A DNA stretch of 64,000 bases, taken from assembly GCA_026770705.1 (NCBI GenBank), contig JANJGN010000002.1, forward strand, positions 12,958,001 to 13,022,000. Reading direction: 5' to 3'. The stretch comes from Isurus oxyrinchus (taxonomy: Eukaryota). Positions within the stretch are counted from its first letter, which is position 1. Every line of letters starts with the position of its first letter. The notes under the pieces are model-generated. The model ran no database searches, was not told the DNA's origin, and worked only from the letters and a program-made list of their open reading frames with translations. This document shows positions 13,633-28,164 of the stretch, in pieces. A program made the position numbers and the translations under genes.

Positions 13633-14282
13633 GGGCTGGATTTTACGGACATACGCAAAATACAAGGGGTGGCAAACCAATCACCTCCCTGCCACTCCCA
13701 AGCTGTCCTCCATAATGCACTAGGTGGGCAGGCACCTGCCATATTTGACTAAATAATTAAGAGTCAACTTCTTAACAAGCCAATTATCCCGTATAATATG
13801 CTGCCCATGCCCTCTGGTTGACGTGGGCAGGCAAGGGGAGAGAAGATTTTGTAAAGGCAGGAAGGACAGCGTCATTCGGGGAGTGCCCTTTGCGCATCAG
13901 GGGCATTCCCCCCTGCTGTATGTTCATCCTGACCTCCAAAACATGCCCTCCCAGCTCCTTCCATGGGTTGCCCAATCCCTCCCCATCCAAGGCCCCCAAT
14001 TTACCTAGGTCCAGATGCCATGGCTGCCTACTCACAGTCCCAGAAGCGCCCACTCCTGAGCTGGCGCTTTGGGCAATCAGGTTAGCTGGCAGCTCTTGAG
14101 GACAAAACTTCCTTCCACTGAGGGGCAGAAGTCTTACTCTCACCTTGGTTAGCCTGCCAACAACATGCTATGGCTGAGAGGCAGGCTTCTTTCAGGCACC
14201 TTTCTGGTGCGTTGACTGCCAACTTTCCTTCCAGAGTTGGAGTGGGGGTCGGCAATCTGTCAACCCCCAAAAAATCCAGCCC
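13633..14282. mobile_element. Harbinger-type MITE
   Basis: TIR GGGCTGGATTTT / AAAATCCAGCCC; 3-bp TSD CTT on both sides. Confidence 0.8.
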
Positions 14283-14829
14283 CTTATTCTAAGAGAAATT
14301 TCATTAGGTGCATTTTCACTGCTGTATGTTCTATTTCAGTGTTTGAAGGCATCACTGATTCTTTACTATGCATACCTTGCAGCATGATTTCATTTATATC
14401 CATTGTTTTGGAATTTGCATCTATTTTAAATGTAGCTATTTTGCAGCAAGAATTAGTTCTTTCTCACCTGATTCAGAGGATCATAGTCATAGGAACATGC
14501 TACTCATCTTATTCAGAGTGCCAGTGTTCCCAGTTTTGAATATCAATTAATCAACCAGACCAAAGCTTTAAGTGCACTGCACGTGGGGAGATTTCACTGC
14601 CTAGATAAAAAGGCTTCATGAAATGGACTGATGGAACATCACGTGGAGTGAGAAGCTGCATGAACTAGACTTTTAAAATTTTGAGTTGGATAGCTATTTT
14701 TTATAATTTTTCAGAATGTATAAGAGATGAGAACACTGTCCCATTTTAAATAAGTCTAAATACATAGCCAACATAGTATGGCTTGTATACAATACTTGTT
14801 AAATGGAAACATTTTTTTCTCAACATACT

Positions 14830-15765
14830 CTATCCTCAAGGTAGTGTCCTCAGCCCAACCATCGTCAGCTGCTTCATCAATGATTTTCCTGCCATTAGAA
14901 ATGGGGATGTTTAGCACCATTTTTGTCTCCTCAGATACTGAACTATGTTCAAATACAGCAAGATCTGGACAATATCCAGGTTTGGGCTGACAATGTCAAG
15001 TAACACTCAGGCCACGCAAGTGCCAGGCAATGACCATCTCCGACGAGAGAATCTTGACGTTCAATGGCATTACCATCACTGAATCCCCCTTATCAACATC
15101 CTGGGGGTTACCATTGACCAGAAACTGAACTGGATTAGTCATATAAATACTGTGGCTACAAGAGCAAGTCAGAGGCTAGGAATCCTGTGGCGAGTAACTC
15201 ACCTCCTGACTCCCCAAAGCCTGATAACCATCTGCAAGGCAGAAGTCAGGAGTGTGATGGAATACTCCCCGCTTGCCTGGATGAGTGCAGCTCCCACAAC
15301 ACTCAAGAAGCTTGACACTATCCAGGATAAAGCAGCCCACTTGATTGGAAGCACATCCACAAACATTCACTCCCTCCACCACCGATGCACAATAGCAACA
15401 GTGTGCACCATCTACAAGATGCACTGCAGGAACTCACCAAAGCTCCTTTGACAGCACCTTCTAAATGCACACCCACTACTATCTAGAAGGACAAAGGCAG
15501 CAGAAAGATGGGAACACCACCACCTAGAAGTTCCCCTTCAAGTCATTCACCATCCTGACTTGGAAATATATCGCCATTCCTTCACAGTCGCTGGGTCAAA
15601 ATCATGGAACTCTCTTCCTAACAGCACTGTGGGTAAATCTACACCACATGGGCTGCAGCAGCTTAAGAAGGCAGCTCACCACCAGCTTCTCAAAGGCAAT
15701 TAGGGATGGGCAATAAACGCTGGCCCAGCCAGCGAAGCCCGCATCCCATGAATGAATTTTTTTAA
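14830..15765 (+). mobile_element. CR1-type LINE 3' portion
   Basis: PQGS.L.P RT remnant, VRSVMEYSPLAWMSAA..KKLDTIQ, 3' tail ggcaattagggatgggcaataa. Confidence 0.85.
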
Positions 15766-16691
15766 AAATTTAATTCTCCCTTTTCCTTTCTTGAAGTCTT
15801 TGATTCCTTGCTGGGGTACAGTTCCATAATCCCTGCCACCTACCTCCAATACCTCATCCAAGTGACCATTATTCATGTAGGAGCCTTGACAGAGAGTGTC
15901 AACAGGTCATTTTTTAATGGACATCAAGACAGATCGTTATCCTGCTGGTTTCTGCATCCATGCACACACTTTCCAGCAGAAGTTACTCAATAGCGATCAG
16001 TGACAACAGCCTTGGAAAATTTACCTCTGCCTAATCTGAGGTGCTGAAATTAACAATAGTACCCTTTCTGAAGCCTCAGTTTAGATCAATTAAATCAGCA
16101 CAAATCTCATCAGCAAGGTGAAACAGATCACTTACTAACCTAGCTGAGTAAGCGGGAAAGCAAATCGAAATGTTACACTTTGTACACTTTGTGTACGACT
16201 TGGTTTGTGAGGCAATTTCCTCTCTGAGGCAGCTGTTCTCCAGTTATGCAATGAATGCCACTACTTAAATAGTTTTGCCAAATATGCAAGAGGTTTCAGA
16301 ACTTCTGACCTACACTTTATGAATTTTCTCAAGAGCTCTTACAGTGTATGGGTATTGCTTTGACATTATCAAGGAAATGGAAACCCAACTATTCCTGGTA
16401 CTCAGTATTGGTATGAAGCAATCCTAGTTACTTGCATTCATAACCACTTGTAGAGTAAATCTTTAAATCTACCCTCACCCAAAAATGTGCCTCAATCTCA
16501 ACGAAGGTAAAGCAACCTACTGCACCAATGCAACAATTTTTCCGTTTTCCATTGTTAGACATCCACAGTCAAGGAGTCTTAGGAGTTTTGTGTTGAGAAC
16601 CAAACTTCACACGGAACCAGATTCAGAATGCCAAACCTCTTGATTCACAGCCTCTAGGAAACATTCTCTATGCTCTCCAATCATGCAATAC

Positions 16692-16798
16692 CTGAGTGTT
16701 GGATGCAGCACACAGGTGTTGGTTGGTCTGAAACAGCAACTCGTGCATGAAGTCTGGTTGGCGCCAGACTGTCCAGCGGGTATTCTTTGGTAACTCCC
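16692..16798 (-). CDS. WDR27: WDR27 coding exon 15
   Basis: tag|GVTKEYPLDSLAPTRLHARVAVSDQPTPVCCIQHS|gtattg; resembles YP...VCCIQYSG; phase 2 to 1. Confidence 0.9.
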
Positions 16799-17460
16799 CT
16801 ATAATAAATCAAATCACTGAAACTCAGCAACAAGGCTTCAACTGGAAATACAAGAACATTTTCAAAAGGTTAAACTTGTTCAAACTCTGATTGGGCATAA
16901 ACACCACCTTTCCCTAAATGAACGGAAAATTGTGGGGGTGAAATTAGGCATGGGTGGGACACAAAATCTGTGGAGTTGAATTTTCACAGGATGGAATATC
17001 TGGCTTGCCATTGAACAGTCAGCAAAAGCGAATCCACCTGTTTTGCAGCTCTGTGCATGCCCAATTTCATCCCAATGCATTGTATCAAAACACCACTGGT
17101 CATCACATTTAAACTGAAAGATTGCAGATCACACATCAGTAACATTTCTTAAGTTATTGAAATGCCATTTGTTAATGACTGATTCAGTGAAAAAGAGCTT
17201 GCTTTATATTTACCATTAGAAACAGGCAGTAGCCTATTGGTTTGCATAACAAATTCAAGTAGACCCCATAATATATGTACAATACACTTGATTTGCTTGT
17301 AATTCCACATTATTGAGCTCTTTTCAGAATATTGGGAGACATGATTACAAATAAGCACCAATGGATTAAATACCATTTTTTACAATTGCACAATAGCCCC
17401 AATCTTTTTGTATTCAGATCTCAGAAATTAAGGAGACGTCCTTGCAGATGGATTCCTTAC

Positions 17461-17538
17461 TTCAGACTGCTAATTTTCTCCTTCATCACTGAGCGGATAG
17501 ATTTTGGGGGACTTAGCTTTGGTGTGAACATTTTCACC
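17461..17538 (-). CDS. WDR27: WDR27 coding exon 14
   Basis: cag|VKMFTPKLSPPKSIRSVMKEKISSL|gtaagg; MF.PK motif; 78 bp, phase 2 to 2. Confidence 0.88.
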
Positions 17539-17679
17539 CTGCAACAAAATCATTAATGTTGTTGAATTAGTATCAAAAATTGAATAATACTTATTTCAAT
17601 GAATCAACATTTAAGTCATTTAGAAATTGAATTTTTGAACTAATTATTCAACAACTGATGTAGATGGATTGTACAGTTA

Positions 17680-18838
17680 GGGCCGGATTTTCATCTGACA
17701 AATGTTGAAATGCATAAGCAGTAGTAGAAACTGCAACCAACTAGTTTGCTCAACTATTTGGGGCTGAAATTCCACAGCCATGCTGATGGGCTCCTGCAAT
17801 GGCTGTGACTCGTGTGGCAGAGGAGCCCTAGAAAGCATTGGGACCTGGATATCACAGGTCCAGACCTTGTCTGGGAGTTTGTTTGAGCCTTGTTTTGGGG
17901 TTGAACCTCTGTCCACCAGAGGCAAGCACTGATGCAGAAGAAGCAAAGCCATGGAGGGAATTTTCAAAGTTAGGAGTTCCCATGATACCACCATTAGATG
18001 GGTTGCTTGGTGGAATCATCAGCCAGTATGTTCAGAAGCAAGAGGCATATCAGCCTCAGAAATGGGGCCCTCATTTATGTCCAAGCACGGTTTGTGACAT
18101 GGCTGTTGAAGAGTAGCTGTGAAATGTTTCAACTGGGTGAGCCAAGACCCACAATGAGCAAGCATCTGAGGTGCTAAAGCAATGCCTGAGATGTCTAAAC
18201 AATCAGTGGACATTATAATGTGCCACATGGATTTTCTTGCTTCAACTAAGTTAAGGGGTAAGGTGAGGTTTCTGTTAAGGCCATGATGTTAATGCAATCA
18301 TGCACAATAATTTCATGAAAGGCCTTGCTAGCAAATGAGTGAACATTCTGGGGGGAGATGTATAGAGGGGTGGTGAGAGCTGATCTGCTGGCAGAGTCCA
18401 CAGGGTTAACAGCAGGACAGAAGAGAGTTTGGCACGATTGACCCCAATGGATGCGCTGGGCAGGAACATCGGTGAGAGAGTAGAATGGGGCAATTGGTGT
18501 TGTTGCTCATAATGAGTCAGCACTGAGTGCCTCATTGAGCACTTTCGAGGATGCCCAGAGAGGCACAGAGGGAAGGTGTAGGCTTTCTAAGAGGGAGTCA
18601 AGTATGGGATGGCGGTAAGAGAGCAGGAAGATCGAAGACTACTGAAGGGTTGGTGAGGGGAATTGGAAAGGCACAGTACCAGAAAGTGGGGATGAGAAAA
18701 GAAGCATGATTATTAAAGAATTGGGTCTATGGTGGCTAAAAAGAGCAAAAGTGGGCTACATTTGAAAAAAAACACTTGTAAAATGTGGCGAGCCGTTCAA
18801 AACTCCATTGACTGCGACAGGACTGGAAAATCCCACCA
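17680..18838 (+). mobile_element. Heavily decayed Harbinger-derived element
   Basis: Left end GGGCCGGATTTTC, right end GAAAATCCCACC; frameshifted remnant like TR..EQ...LK..RCL..S near 18140-18210. Confidence 0.5.
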
Positions 18839-19357
18839 GTGGGAAGGGCTGTAATATCCCATCCTTGCAATTTTAAGACTCCGCTGTGAATATTCATGAA
18901 CAACAATACTTTAATTTCATGTATGAGGAGACACAGAGAAGACAAAGAGAGACGATATGGAATGTTACATGGAGAATGTACAGTTCATTTTACTGAAATC
19001 TGGCACTAATTTTCTGAATATTAACGCCAGAGAAACCAACTATTATAGTGTATTTATACAGGCACGATGATGGAATGATGGAGACTGGGGTAAAATTTGC
19101 CTACTGCCAACTTCCATTAAATTTGTGAAATAATTCAATCTTCCTCAGTTGTTTTACAGCAGAGTTCAAAGTGTATTCTGGCTCATAAATAAATAAGCAC
19201 AGTAGAAAACAACTGTTCTCACATTTTGATATCATATTACTGTTGCAGTGCCATACTGCATAAAACATTGAGCACAGTACTAAACATAAAATTCTAGATT
19301 TTTCACTCAGGTTATACTGGATTCCTGAGTTAACTGCAGTAGATTTAGACAGCCAAT

Positions 19358-20040
19358 GGCCCAGATTCTACAGGTAGCAGCGAGGTGACAGCTGACTTTG
19401 AAGAATGATCCAGCTAGCTCAATGGCTTGGATTTTACTTTTCCCAACATTAATTGCATTCTGGCACCAGCTACGGGAGATCTCTGGTGCCCAGCAACAAT
19501 TATGTCATCAAGCAGGCTAAACAGCCAATCATATTGAAGAATTCTCAGACAGCAACAGCTGTAACAAGCAGATCTATCGTTCACTTTTTACAATTTTACA
19601 TTAAGGTAGAGGTTGAAATATCAGAAACAAACAAATTAAAATCCGTGGAATTTTTAACATGGAGTGGAGAAATTTGGCATTCCATAAATGTAAAATTATT
19701 TCTTCAGGGCCAGAGAGGTTGTTCAACAAAAGTTACAACTTAGATGGCTTCTAAAACACAGTTACACTTCATTCAACAGGATATAACTTTTTCAAGGATA
19801 TATATGGAGAATAAAAGTGCAAAAAGGAGCAGTACACATCAAATCAGTAGTTTCTAATTGACTCCATCTTTAAGGGCTTCAACAGTACATCCTGTGGAGG
19901 AACAAGAAATCAATGACAGGAACTCCTGGGTTTCCATGTTTAACTGTGCATGTGCTGATGTCAGAAGCTGCTACAAGTTTCACAGAGTAATCTCAACAAA
20001 CACTGAGATTCACTCTCACTACAACAGCAAAATCTGCAAC
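19358..20040. mobile_element. Non-autonomous DNA element (Harbinger-like ends), copy 1
   Basis: Begins GGCCCAGATT; shares internal blocks (cagccaatca..tgaag.attctc, ggagaaat.tg.cattc, tcagggccag) with 30830-31565. Confidence 0.6.
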
Positions 20041-20562
20041 AATGTCTTCAGGAGACACTCCACTGGCTCCCAACTCTCCCCTCCACTCACCCCTTGACAC
20101 TTCCAAGATCTCCCACCATAAGGAGATGTACAACTTATACAGGCAAGTGTATTATTATGCACTATACCAGCCAGGTACACCAGGACCATGGTATGCCCTG
20201 CTGTCCAGCCTTGCTAAAATGGAAGAAGACAATATTTTTAATTTTTTAGGTTTGCACAAGCTACACAATCAATTGTACACATAATGATGCTTTTTCAAAA
20301 TAAAATTATAAGACCTTCAAATAACACCCAGCACTACACTTTGTCTGATGACAGGGCCTTTCCATAATCATTCTCTAGCTGGTTGTAGGTGGATCTCTCT
20401 ACACACAAATCACACCGGGGTTTAGGGCACACCATTGGAGCAGGAAGATCTTCCAAACCATATTCAAAGTGCAGCTGGACTCTGCAATAGTGGAAAATTC
20501 CTGCTAAGGTGTTTGATTAAACATACTTCAAACATACTGACTATGTGAACAGTGACCCTTAC

Positions 20563-20638
20563 CTAGGTGCTGAGGTGTAGCCAGAAGACTTCACTTTGGT
20601 ATGAAACACAACCGGCTTGTCTTTGACACTGCTGGCAG
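20563..20638 (-). CDS. WDR27: WDR27 coding exon 13
   Basis: tag|AASSVKDKPVVFHTKVKSSGYTSAPR|gtaagg; matches the KD..VFH.KV.SSGY motif; phase 1 to 2. Confidence 0.93.
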
Positions 20639-21064
20639 CTAGTTCCAGGAATTCAAAATAGAACAGGTTTATTATACTTTGCAGGAGTGTTAAGCCATAG
20701 TTGTCTTTTGCATTAATAGTGATTGAAGAAATTTGCAATATGCATAAATGAAGATAATATCTGGTATATAACAGTGTTTCCAGCACTTAATAAATAACCA
20801 TGGGCTGAATTTTCTGGCTGGCGGGAGGTGGGGGGGGAGCAGGAGTAGGCATGGGCAGGCGCGGACCCGATCGCCATTATACACGGGCAGGCCAATTAAG
20901 GCCCACCGAGCGTAAATAGTGGCTCCCGAGGACAGCGGAAGTGGGCAGGCAGCAGCGGATCTGCAATGACCACCGGGTCCAATAGCAACCCAGGGGGCTC
21001 TTTTAAAAAATTGCTGCAGCCTTTCCAAATCTGCAAATTAAGGTCAGTGGAAGGGCTTCCCAGA

Positions 21065-22460
21065 ATGCAGGCCAGGCAGGAGGGTAGGGCAGGGGGGCAC
21101 TGTGCCCCTCGTTTTTCCAATGATTTCCTTACTGCTCTCCTCGAGGAGGTGGCAGCACAGCGGGAGGTCCTGGTACTCCAGGATGGGAGGAGAAGGCCCC
21201 CCACATGACCAAACGCGCCTGGGAAGAGGTGGCAGAGGTGGTGAGCTCCCGTGACGTGGTGCGGCACACCTGGGTACAGTGTCACAAGCACTTCAACGAC
21301 TTGTTGCGCTCAGGAAGAGTGGGTATCACATTGGCATTGGTCACTTAACCCAGCAGGTAGGCTTTCCCCCTGGAGAAGAATGCACATAATGCCGCCAAGC
21401 GGGTGAGGACTGGCAGCGGGCCGGCACAGTTAGCAATTCTCAGCCTTTTCGAGGAAGAGGCCCTAGATTTGGAGAGGCACCATGCGCCCAGGTCCACTGG
21501 TGTTGGCCAGCAGTGAGGTCACCATTGTTCTCCCAGCAGCCATGGCAGTGCTGAATGTTCAGTGATTGAAGCTTGCAATATGGCTTGGCCATTGCTTATG
21601 GAAGGATGAGCACATAATGATCCGGGGGACAGGGATGCAGACTGACATTGTCTCTACATTAACTGATCCAATGTCTTTGTTCTTCCTTTCAGGATCAGCA
21701 GAGCAGGGCCCCTCTCATACCTGAGGGCCCTGAAGTCTCACCAGCGTCATACCACCTCTGCCAGGCAGGCACCAGCGCAGATACTAGCAACTCGGTGGGA
21801 ATTAGAGCATCGGTTAGTGTCCAGGGGCACAGCGGTGAGGGCACTTCACAGTTGCTGGCGGAGCTGGCAGAGACAGAGTGTGCCCATGGCACCAGCAGTC
21901 AGTGCCTGATGATGTGCCTCTAGAGTCGTCCTCGACACAGCATGCGCAGGAAATGTGGTCAGGTGTGCGGGAGCATCTGGGGGAGACACATAAGGCTATA
22001 CTTGGCTTGGTGTCCATGGTGGCGGAGTCTACGCAGACTATCACTGAAGCAATAAGCCACATGTACAAGCGTCATGCGTCCTCCATGGGGAGAATGGTGA
22101 CTCTCGTGGAGAGGCTCCTCCAGGAGACCCACCAGGGCTTTCTAGGGATACGCTCAGACCAGCAAGCCCTCACATCGGCATTGACCTTAGCTGGTCAGTG
22201 CCAATGTGGGAGATGGTCTAGGCACCAAGTTTCCCAGCTCAGTGCGCAGCAGTTGCCTAACATCTCTACAGGCTCCTCTCAGGGCGCTCCAGATAAGGGC
22301 AGCCCTCTGTCTGTGACCGTTGCATCCAGTGAGGCTGTGACAACTGGCCGCCAAGGTCATCGAGGCCAACAGGACAGTAGAATCAGCAGGCTGTCTCAGA
22401 TGCCACTCCCAGGGAAGGGTCAACACCAAGACATAGCACCCGAAAACGTAAACATAAGGC
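21065..22460 (+). pseudogene. Harbinger Myb/SANT-like DNA-binding protein gene (spliced, frameshifted)
   Basis: APRFSNDFLTALLEEV...AWEEVAEVVSS....TWVQCHKHFNDL...RVRTGSG. Confidence 0.75.
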
Positions 22461-22589
22461 ACCTTAGGCACACCACGGGTTTATCACTGGTGTTTTTGTG
22501 TTGGCCTGCAATGAGGTCTTTATGAGTTGGTGTGACTTTTGGATGGTGGAGAGGTATGAGCCACCTTCTGACGGGATAACCCTTGTCAC

Positions 22590-23200
22590 CCAGCAGCCAT
22601 CCATTCAGCTAGGCTGTCACATGTGTGTAGTCTATTGCACCCTGAACGCAGGGGAAGCCAACAATGGCCGCAAAGCCGCTAGCTCGCTGTGTCTGGCTTG
22701 CCTGGTCCCAAAGGTAGACGATGAAGGTCAATGCATGCCTGAACAGAGCCTCTGTAACCTGCTTGACACAAGTGTGGACAGCTGATTGGATGACACCACA
22801 AAGATCACCCGCCAAGCCCTGGAAGGAGCCAGAAGCATAGAAGTTGATGGCAGCTGTGACTTTTAGAGCCACTGGCATGGGGTGTCCACCCACACAGTTA
22901 GTGGAGATCTCAGGCCCAATCATCTGACAGATATAGTTGACTGCCTCCCTTGAGAGACGGAGCCTCCTTCAGCACTGCACCTCAGACATACTGAGGTAGC
23001 TGCTTCGCCACCTGTATACCCTAGCAGCAGGATAGTGGCGCTTTCTGCGGCCCCTTCCTCCTTGGACAACCTCTTGGCCCTGCACCTCTTGTGCCTTCGC
23101 CTGACCTCCCAAAGGTGGCTCCCCTGGAGGCTGAATGTGTACTGCTGGCCTCCTCCCCCTTCTAGCCCTCCCTTCCTCCTCAGAGGAGGTGCCTCCAGTG
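22590..23200 (-). pseudogene. Harbinger (HARBI1-like) transposase, N-terminal half
   Basis: PVALKVTAAINFYASGSFQGLAGDLCGVIQSAVH...GFPCVQGAIDYTHV; C-terminal catalytic region missing. Confidence 0.85.
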
Positions 23201-23829
23201 GAAATTGAAACATGCAGGCCCAAAAAAGATTCCTCACTGCAGAGTGCTGACCTGAACGTTGTGAGTCCAGACCAAGCAGCTGGTATGTGTTTTGAAGTAT
23301 TTAAGATCACACAGGCAAGTATTAGTGACTTTGAAACATCAATTTTTGACAGAGCACACTTGCGACCCCACTGAGCTCTCTTATCCCGTCCGTGGATGAG
23401 GTTTATACAAATGTGTCCTACCCGACTGCCCACTGAACCCATGCCTCGACCTGAAGATTGCACAGGTGCCAAAAAATCGCAGTCAATTGGTGCCTCAAGG
23501 GCTTTAAGTGGCCCATTAATTAATGGCGGGTGTGTATCGGAGAGCATTGCGCCCCCGCCCAACGGAATATCGCGATGGCGTGCAGTGACGTCGAGAAGCT
23601 CGCCTGACATCACTGCACGTCATTATACACTCGTGCGTGCAGGGCCCTCCCCCACACACCAACAGGAAAATTCTGCCCCATGTATAGCATTCAGTTAATC
23701 AGATAAGCAAAATAATGGAGTAACATAAAAAAGACTACACTATATTAAATAAACAACATTCTGTTAAAATATATCGTAGAATCTTCTCGTCTTTAGGATT
23801 TAATTTGATCAAATTTTAGTGCTTTAAGA

Positions 23830-24200
23830 TAGTACTGTTATAGCACATTGTTACAATACAAAAATTAATTGTATTGTATTGTAATGCAGTAATGTATTAT
23901 TGTTATGGTACAGTATATGTTATAGTGTCATACCACAGTGTTCTACTACAGTATTTCTTTTAAAGTACAGTGCTACACATTAATATTAATATTAATGCAA
24001 TATTAATGTAATAATACTACAGTTTTGTACAGGAATCTATTAATGTTATAGTACTGGACTATATTGGTGCTACAGCATACTGCCTACATATATCAGTATT
24101 ATGATACAATGTTATTGTTATTGTACAGTCGTGTATTATCCTTATATATGTGTTAAGTACAGTATCAGTGTTAAATACCACTGTTATAGTACAGTAATAT
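23830..24200. repeat. Degenerate AT-rich low-complexity repeat (tacagta/tgttat-like)
   Basis: Recurring short AT-rich words. Confidence 0.5.
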
Positions 24201-26281
24201 TTTCTTTTCAAATGCATCACAGCTCTTTATTTAGGTCAGCTAGGTATTTGACACATAAGGAAACTCACTACTATACTTATGATCCAAGCAACTGAGAAAT
24301 GCACAACAAACAGCTTCTGCTTGCATGTCCTCTTTATAGGAGCCCACTTAACCCAAGTCCTGGCATCATTCTCACAATTTGGTAACAATCAAGGTAAAAA
24401 GCAGTTTACAGTACTAGTGGACTGCACACAGTCTCCAGGATGCCAAGCGTGCACAATGGTACTAATGGAGTTTAATCAGCTGAAAATGTGCAGTCTACCT
24501 ATGCAAGGCACTGCTTGGTAAGCTACATATTACTTGTCCAGCCAACAACATCCTACCCATCAGGGTCTTGATTTGCAGGTTTATCTGGAGGTCACCAACA
24601 GACACCATGGATTGTAATATGTAGATTTTCTGTGCTCTAATGTCTATTCAACGTAATTGTGCAGAAATGAATTTCACATTTTCTCCCAAATGAGCTGCGT
24701 TTCCACTAGACAGAGTGGCGGAAGTGTTTTCTTTAAAGGAACACTTAAAGGAACACCAGATACCATCAACTGAAATTAAATTTTATATGCTGCACTTTTA
24801 TATTTCATAATACTAATGTACAAAAATGGGAAGTATTCTGAAATATTCCCTTATGATTTAGGGAATTAAATCTCAATTTTATAGAGTTCATGAATCAATT
24901 CTTTGATGCAACTTATCACCTTGCTTGATGTATGTGAGACTAATTTCAGCTAGAAATTTTAAAAATATCTTTTATTACATTTATATAACAACAATATTAA
25001 TAATACCAAATATGACAAAAATGGCTCCATTCAGCAGTAAAATGAAAGTAATAAAGAATACCATAGATTCAGATGTGCAATATTTGTGTGTCTAACCTGA
25101 AAACCTGGGCCAGATTATTTTGAATCTGGTGATATGTTTGAAATGAGGATTTTCTTTGGACCGTGCTTTCTCCCCCTTTAAAGCAGATTTTCTTACTTAC
25201 ACGTGCCAACGCCAACACTTTCTAACGCAAGCCAAACTATCAGAATGGACATTAGCAAAAATAGCAATGTCTAAGATATGATGAATGAAAAAATGTGCAA
25301 ATTTTGACAGCGAACACTCAAGCTCTGCTACAGAGGGCCTCAGTTACACAAACTTGGCACTCTGTCAGACACCCAGCTACTATAAAACTATTTCAGTCTG
25401 CATTAAAAACTTTTATATTGCTTTAGCTTCTTATAGGCTTTGATGTTCAGCATAATGTATTTCCAACAAACTTGCACGCACATGTCCTTTCAACACATGG
25501 CTTCAGCCATTACTCTTCACAATCATGATTGCAATCTATCACCACAACAATCTGCCATATATTCCATCACATTTCCTGTAGCATAACAATTATTTTTAAT
25601 ACAATCTAAGTGCAATTCAAAGTGTCTCCAAAAGTTGCCAAAAAATTAATCAGTGAAATGGAAATGGAAAAGTGCGCACACAATACAAAACTGAAAAATA
25701 AATTGCTTAAAAAACACCTCCAGTTTATTTTTGGATTAAATTTACTTTATGTAAAGTTTCTGACTTCAGGAATAAATCAATTTCACCAGAAGAAGTTAAT
25801 TGTAATATCAAGAACATGTGGGAGAAGGGAGTTAGTAAATGTAAAATCTAGCCCAGTAAGATCAGCAAACAAAACATTATAATTGCAAGAGTCACCCCAG
25901 CCACCAAACGGTATGCAGTTTTAACACCAATCTAAGCACTAAAATATTGAGACATATAGAAGTGAATTATCATCCTCATCACATGGTAAACTGACCACTC
26001 AGTGATTTCACTGGGATGAAATTGGGGCAGGTTCTATTATAGCACAAAATGGGAAACGAACACCAAACAATACAGCATGAACCACCCATGACAAGTTGTG
26101 CACAATCTGAAATCCCGTCCAAATAAATGGCAGCATTAGGTTCAGTTTTTTTTAACAATACAAGGATTAAAATGAATGGCAATTAAGTATGGTATATTCA
26201 ATCAGCAGCCACAAATCTGGCTGCAATAACAAGTCATTGTGGTTTGTCTACATTCTAGAGAGGCAGGGAAACAGCACATAC

Positions 26282-26364
26282 CTGCCTTTGAGTGCCCGGC
26301 TAGCTTACTTTTCTCTTTCTGCTGCAGATCACAGTTTAAAGGGGAAGTGGGCAGCAAAGGTGAT
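26282..26364 (-). CDS. WDR27: WDR27 coding exon 12
   Basis: cag|SPLLPTSPLNCDLQQKEKSKLAGHSKA|gtatgt; LPTSPL motif; phase 2 to 1. Confidence 0.88.
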
Positions 26365-27135
26365 CTGAAAAAAAGATGAGATGCTCAGTACTGGCTACCA
26401 ATCAAGTGACTCCTGTAGCTCATATTAATAAAGGTTAAAAAAATGAATGATTCAAAGGATATAGCAACTAGTGAAAATTACCACTAAACTAAATAAAAAT
26501 TAAAGGTAAACAACTACAAGGAATAAAACTAATTAAAGAATAGATAAATACACAATGTATTACAGGTAGGCAAATGGCAAGTAACATGATTGAAGAGACA
26601 GGAATAGCACTGTTAGTTGACACTTATAATTTTTTTCCTTCCTTAAATCTTAAAATTCTTTCCCATACTTTTCTTAGTTGTTCAGTTTTAAGGGCTGATT
26701 TTCCTAGATTCCATTAAGACTTCAGGGTTCTGGGGGAGGAGTGTTCATAACTTTTTGCAGCTGGCCTGCTTAAAAGATTCAGCCTGGAGGCAGGCCATCT
26801 TTTCAGAGCACCTCCTGGTCTGAAGCTTCCAACAAATCTTACAGGCAGAAAATGAGAAACCCCCTCCTCTCTCATTTAGGTGCCTTAGTCACAGATAAGA
26901 ATAGTACAGACATGTATTTAACCTGTAGTTTGATGATACTACTACATTTAACATTTTTGCTGTACACTAATATTTGCTGTTAATAAGCTGTATAATTTAT
27001 CACAATGCACCATGAAAAACATAATGTCAGCTGGTTCATACATACTGAATACCTCCATCAGGCCTCTGAGGGGAAAATCTTATTAATCTAAGATTTTAAC
27101 ATCTTTTTAAAATATCTAGTAAGGAATTGTTTTAC

Positions 27136-27260
27136 CTGGCAATGATACTGAGTGATTCCTCCTCGTTGCGAGATTGTAGACACATTTTTGCAAGTTTATG
27201 CATATGAACTTCCAGCAGAGCAATATGCTTTCCAAACATGGAAGAAAGGAGACAGAAAAT
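27136..27260 (-). CDS. WDR27: WDR27 coding exon 11
   Basis: cag|IFCLLSSMFGKHIALLEVHMHKLAKMCLQSRNEEESLSIIAR|gtaaaa; 125 bp, phase 0 to 2. Confidence 0.9.
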
Positions 27261-28164
27261 CTGTAGGAGTAAAACTAATTAATTTCAATAAGAGGTACAT
27301 GTTCAAAAGCTGCAGTAAAATGTTTCCCTCTTAAACTATGTTTTATCTCTTGTAAAAATGTTGACTATTTTTATCGCCAGGAAAGTACTTGTAAAAATTA
27401 TGCAAAGACTGGGTACAATTGAAAACCAAACATATTCGTAAAGATGCTAGCCTAGATTTTGCGGATTAGGGGAATTTCCCTCCAAGATGTATCTTGAACC
27501 GTCGTCAGGCTTACAGCCTCAGAATCATTACTATGCTTTGCGGCAGACCCCCAGACTCACCTTGGAGTCTACCCAGAGCTTTACTCCATCAGGCCTCAGA
27601 GGTGAAAAAGTGTCATGTTCCTGCCATGGTAAATGCAGGGCAATTTGTTGCACAAGTTTCGCAGTCTGAAACATACTGTAACAGCAACGCTGGATGTCAG
27701 GGATTAACAGACATCCTAGTATCTGGTGATGTTATGGTGTAAAAGCTAGGAAATGTGTCACAGGATATATTGCCCTCTTTTTCCCCTGGCGTAATTACAG
27801 TGGAAAATCTATCTCACTACTTTTAAAACAGTCGGTGATTCAACATGTATAAAGAAGTGAGTTTGAAATAAACTTATTCTTGAAGAAACTTCCATTGTTT
27901 GTGTTAAATAAATCACTGATTGTCAATATGCAATGATTTGCATTTTCATACCTGCATTTATACACCTGTAACATTGGCAGTCAAGCTTTGAGACATCATG
28001 AATACAGAATATACCTCATGTAAAGTTTATTGAATCTTAAACTAGTTTCTGTTCCCAAATCCTTCATCCAGAGGAAGCAATGATCCAGCTTGCAGGGGTT
28101 CTACTGACAATGCGAACACTGTGTTCCAGTCAACTGAGCATATGTGTATTTTTTTTTCTTTTTT

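Larger units (their letters stand above)
20802..23678. mobile_element. PIF/Harbinger transposon, internally deleted
   Basis: TIR GGGCTGAATTTTC / GAAAATTCTGCCC; TSD CAT; Myb/SANT gene on +, truncated transposase on -. Confidence 0.9.
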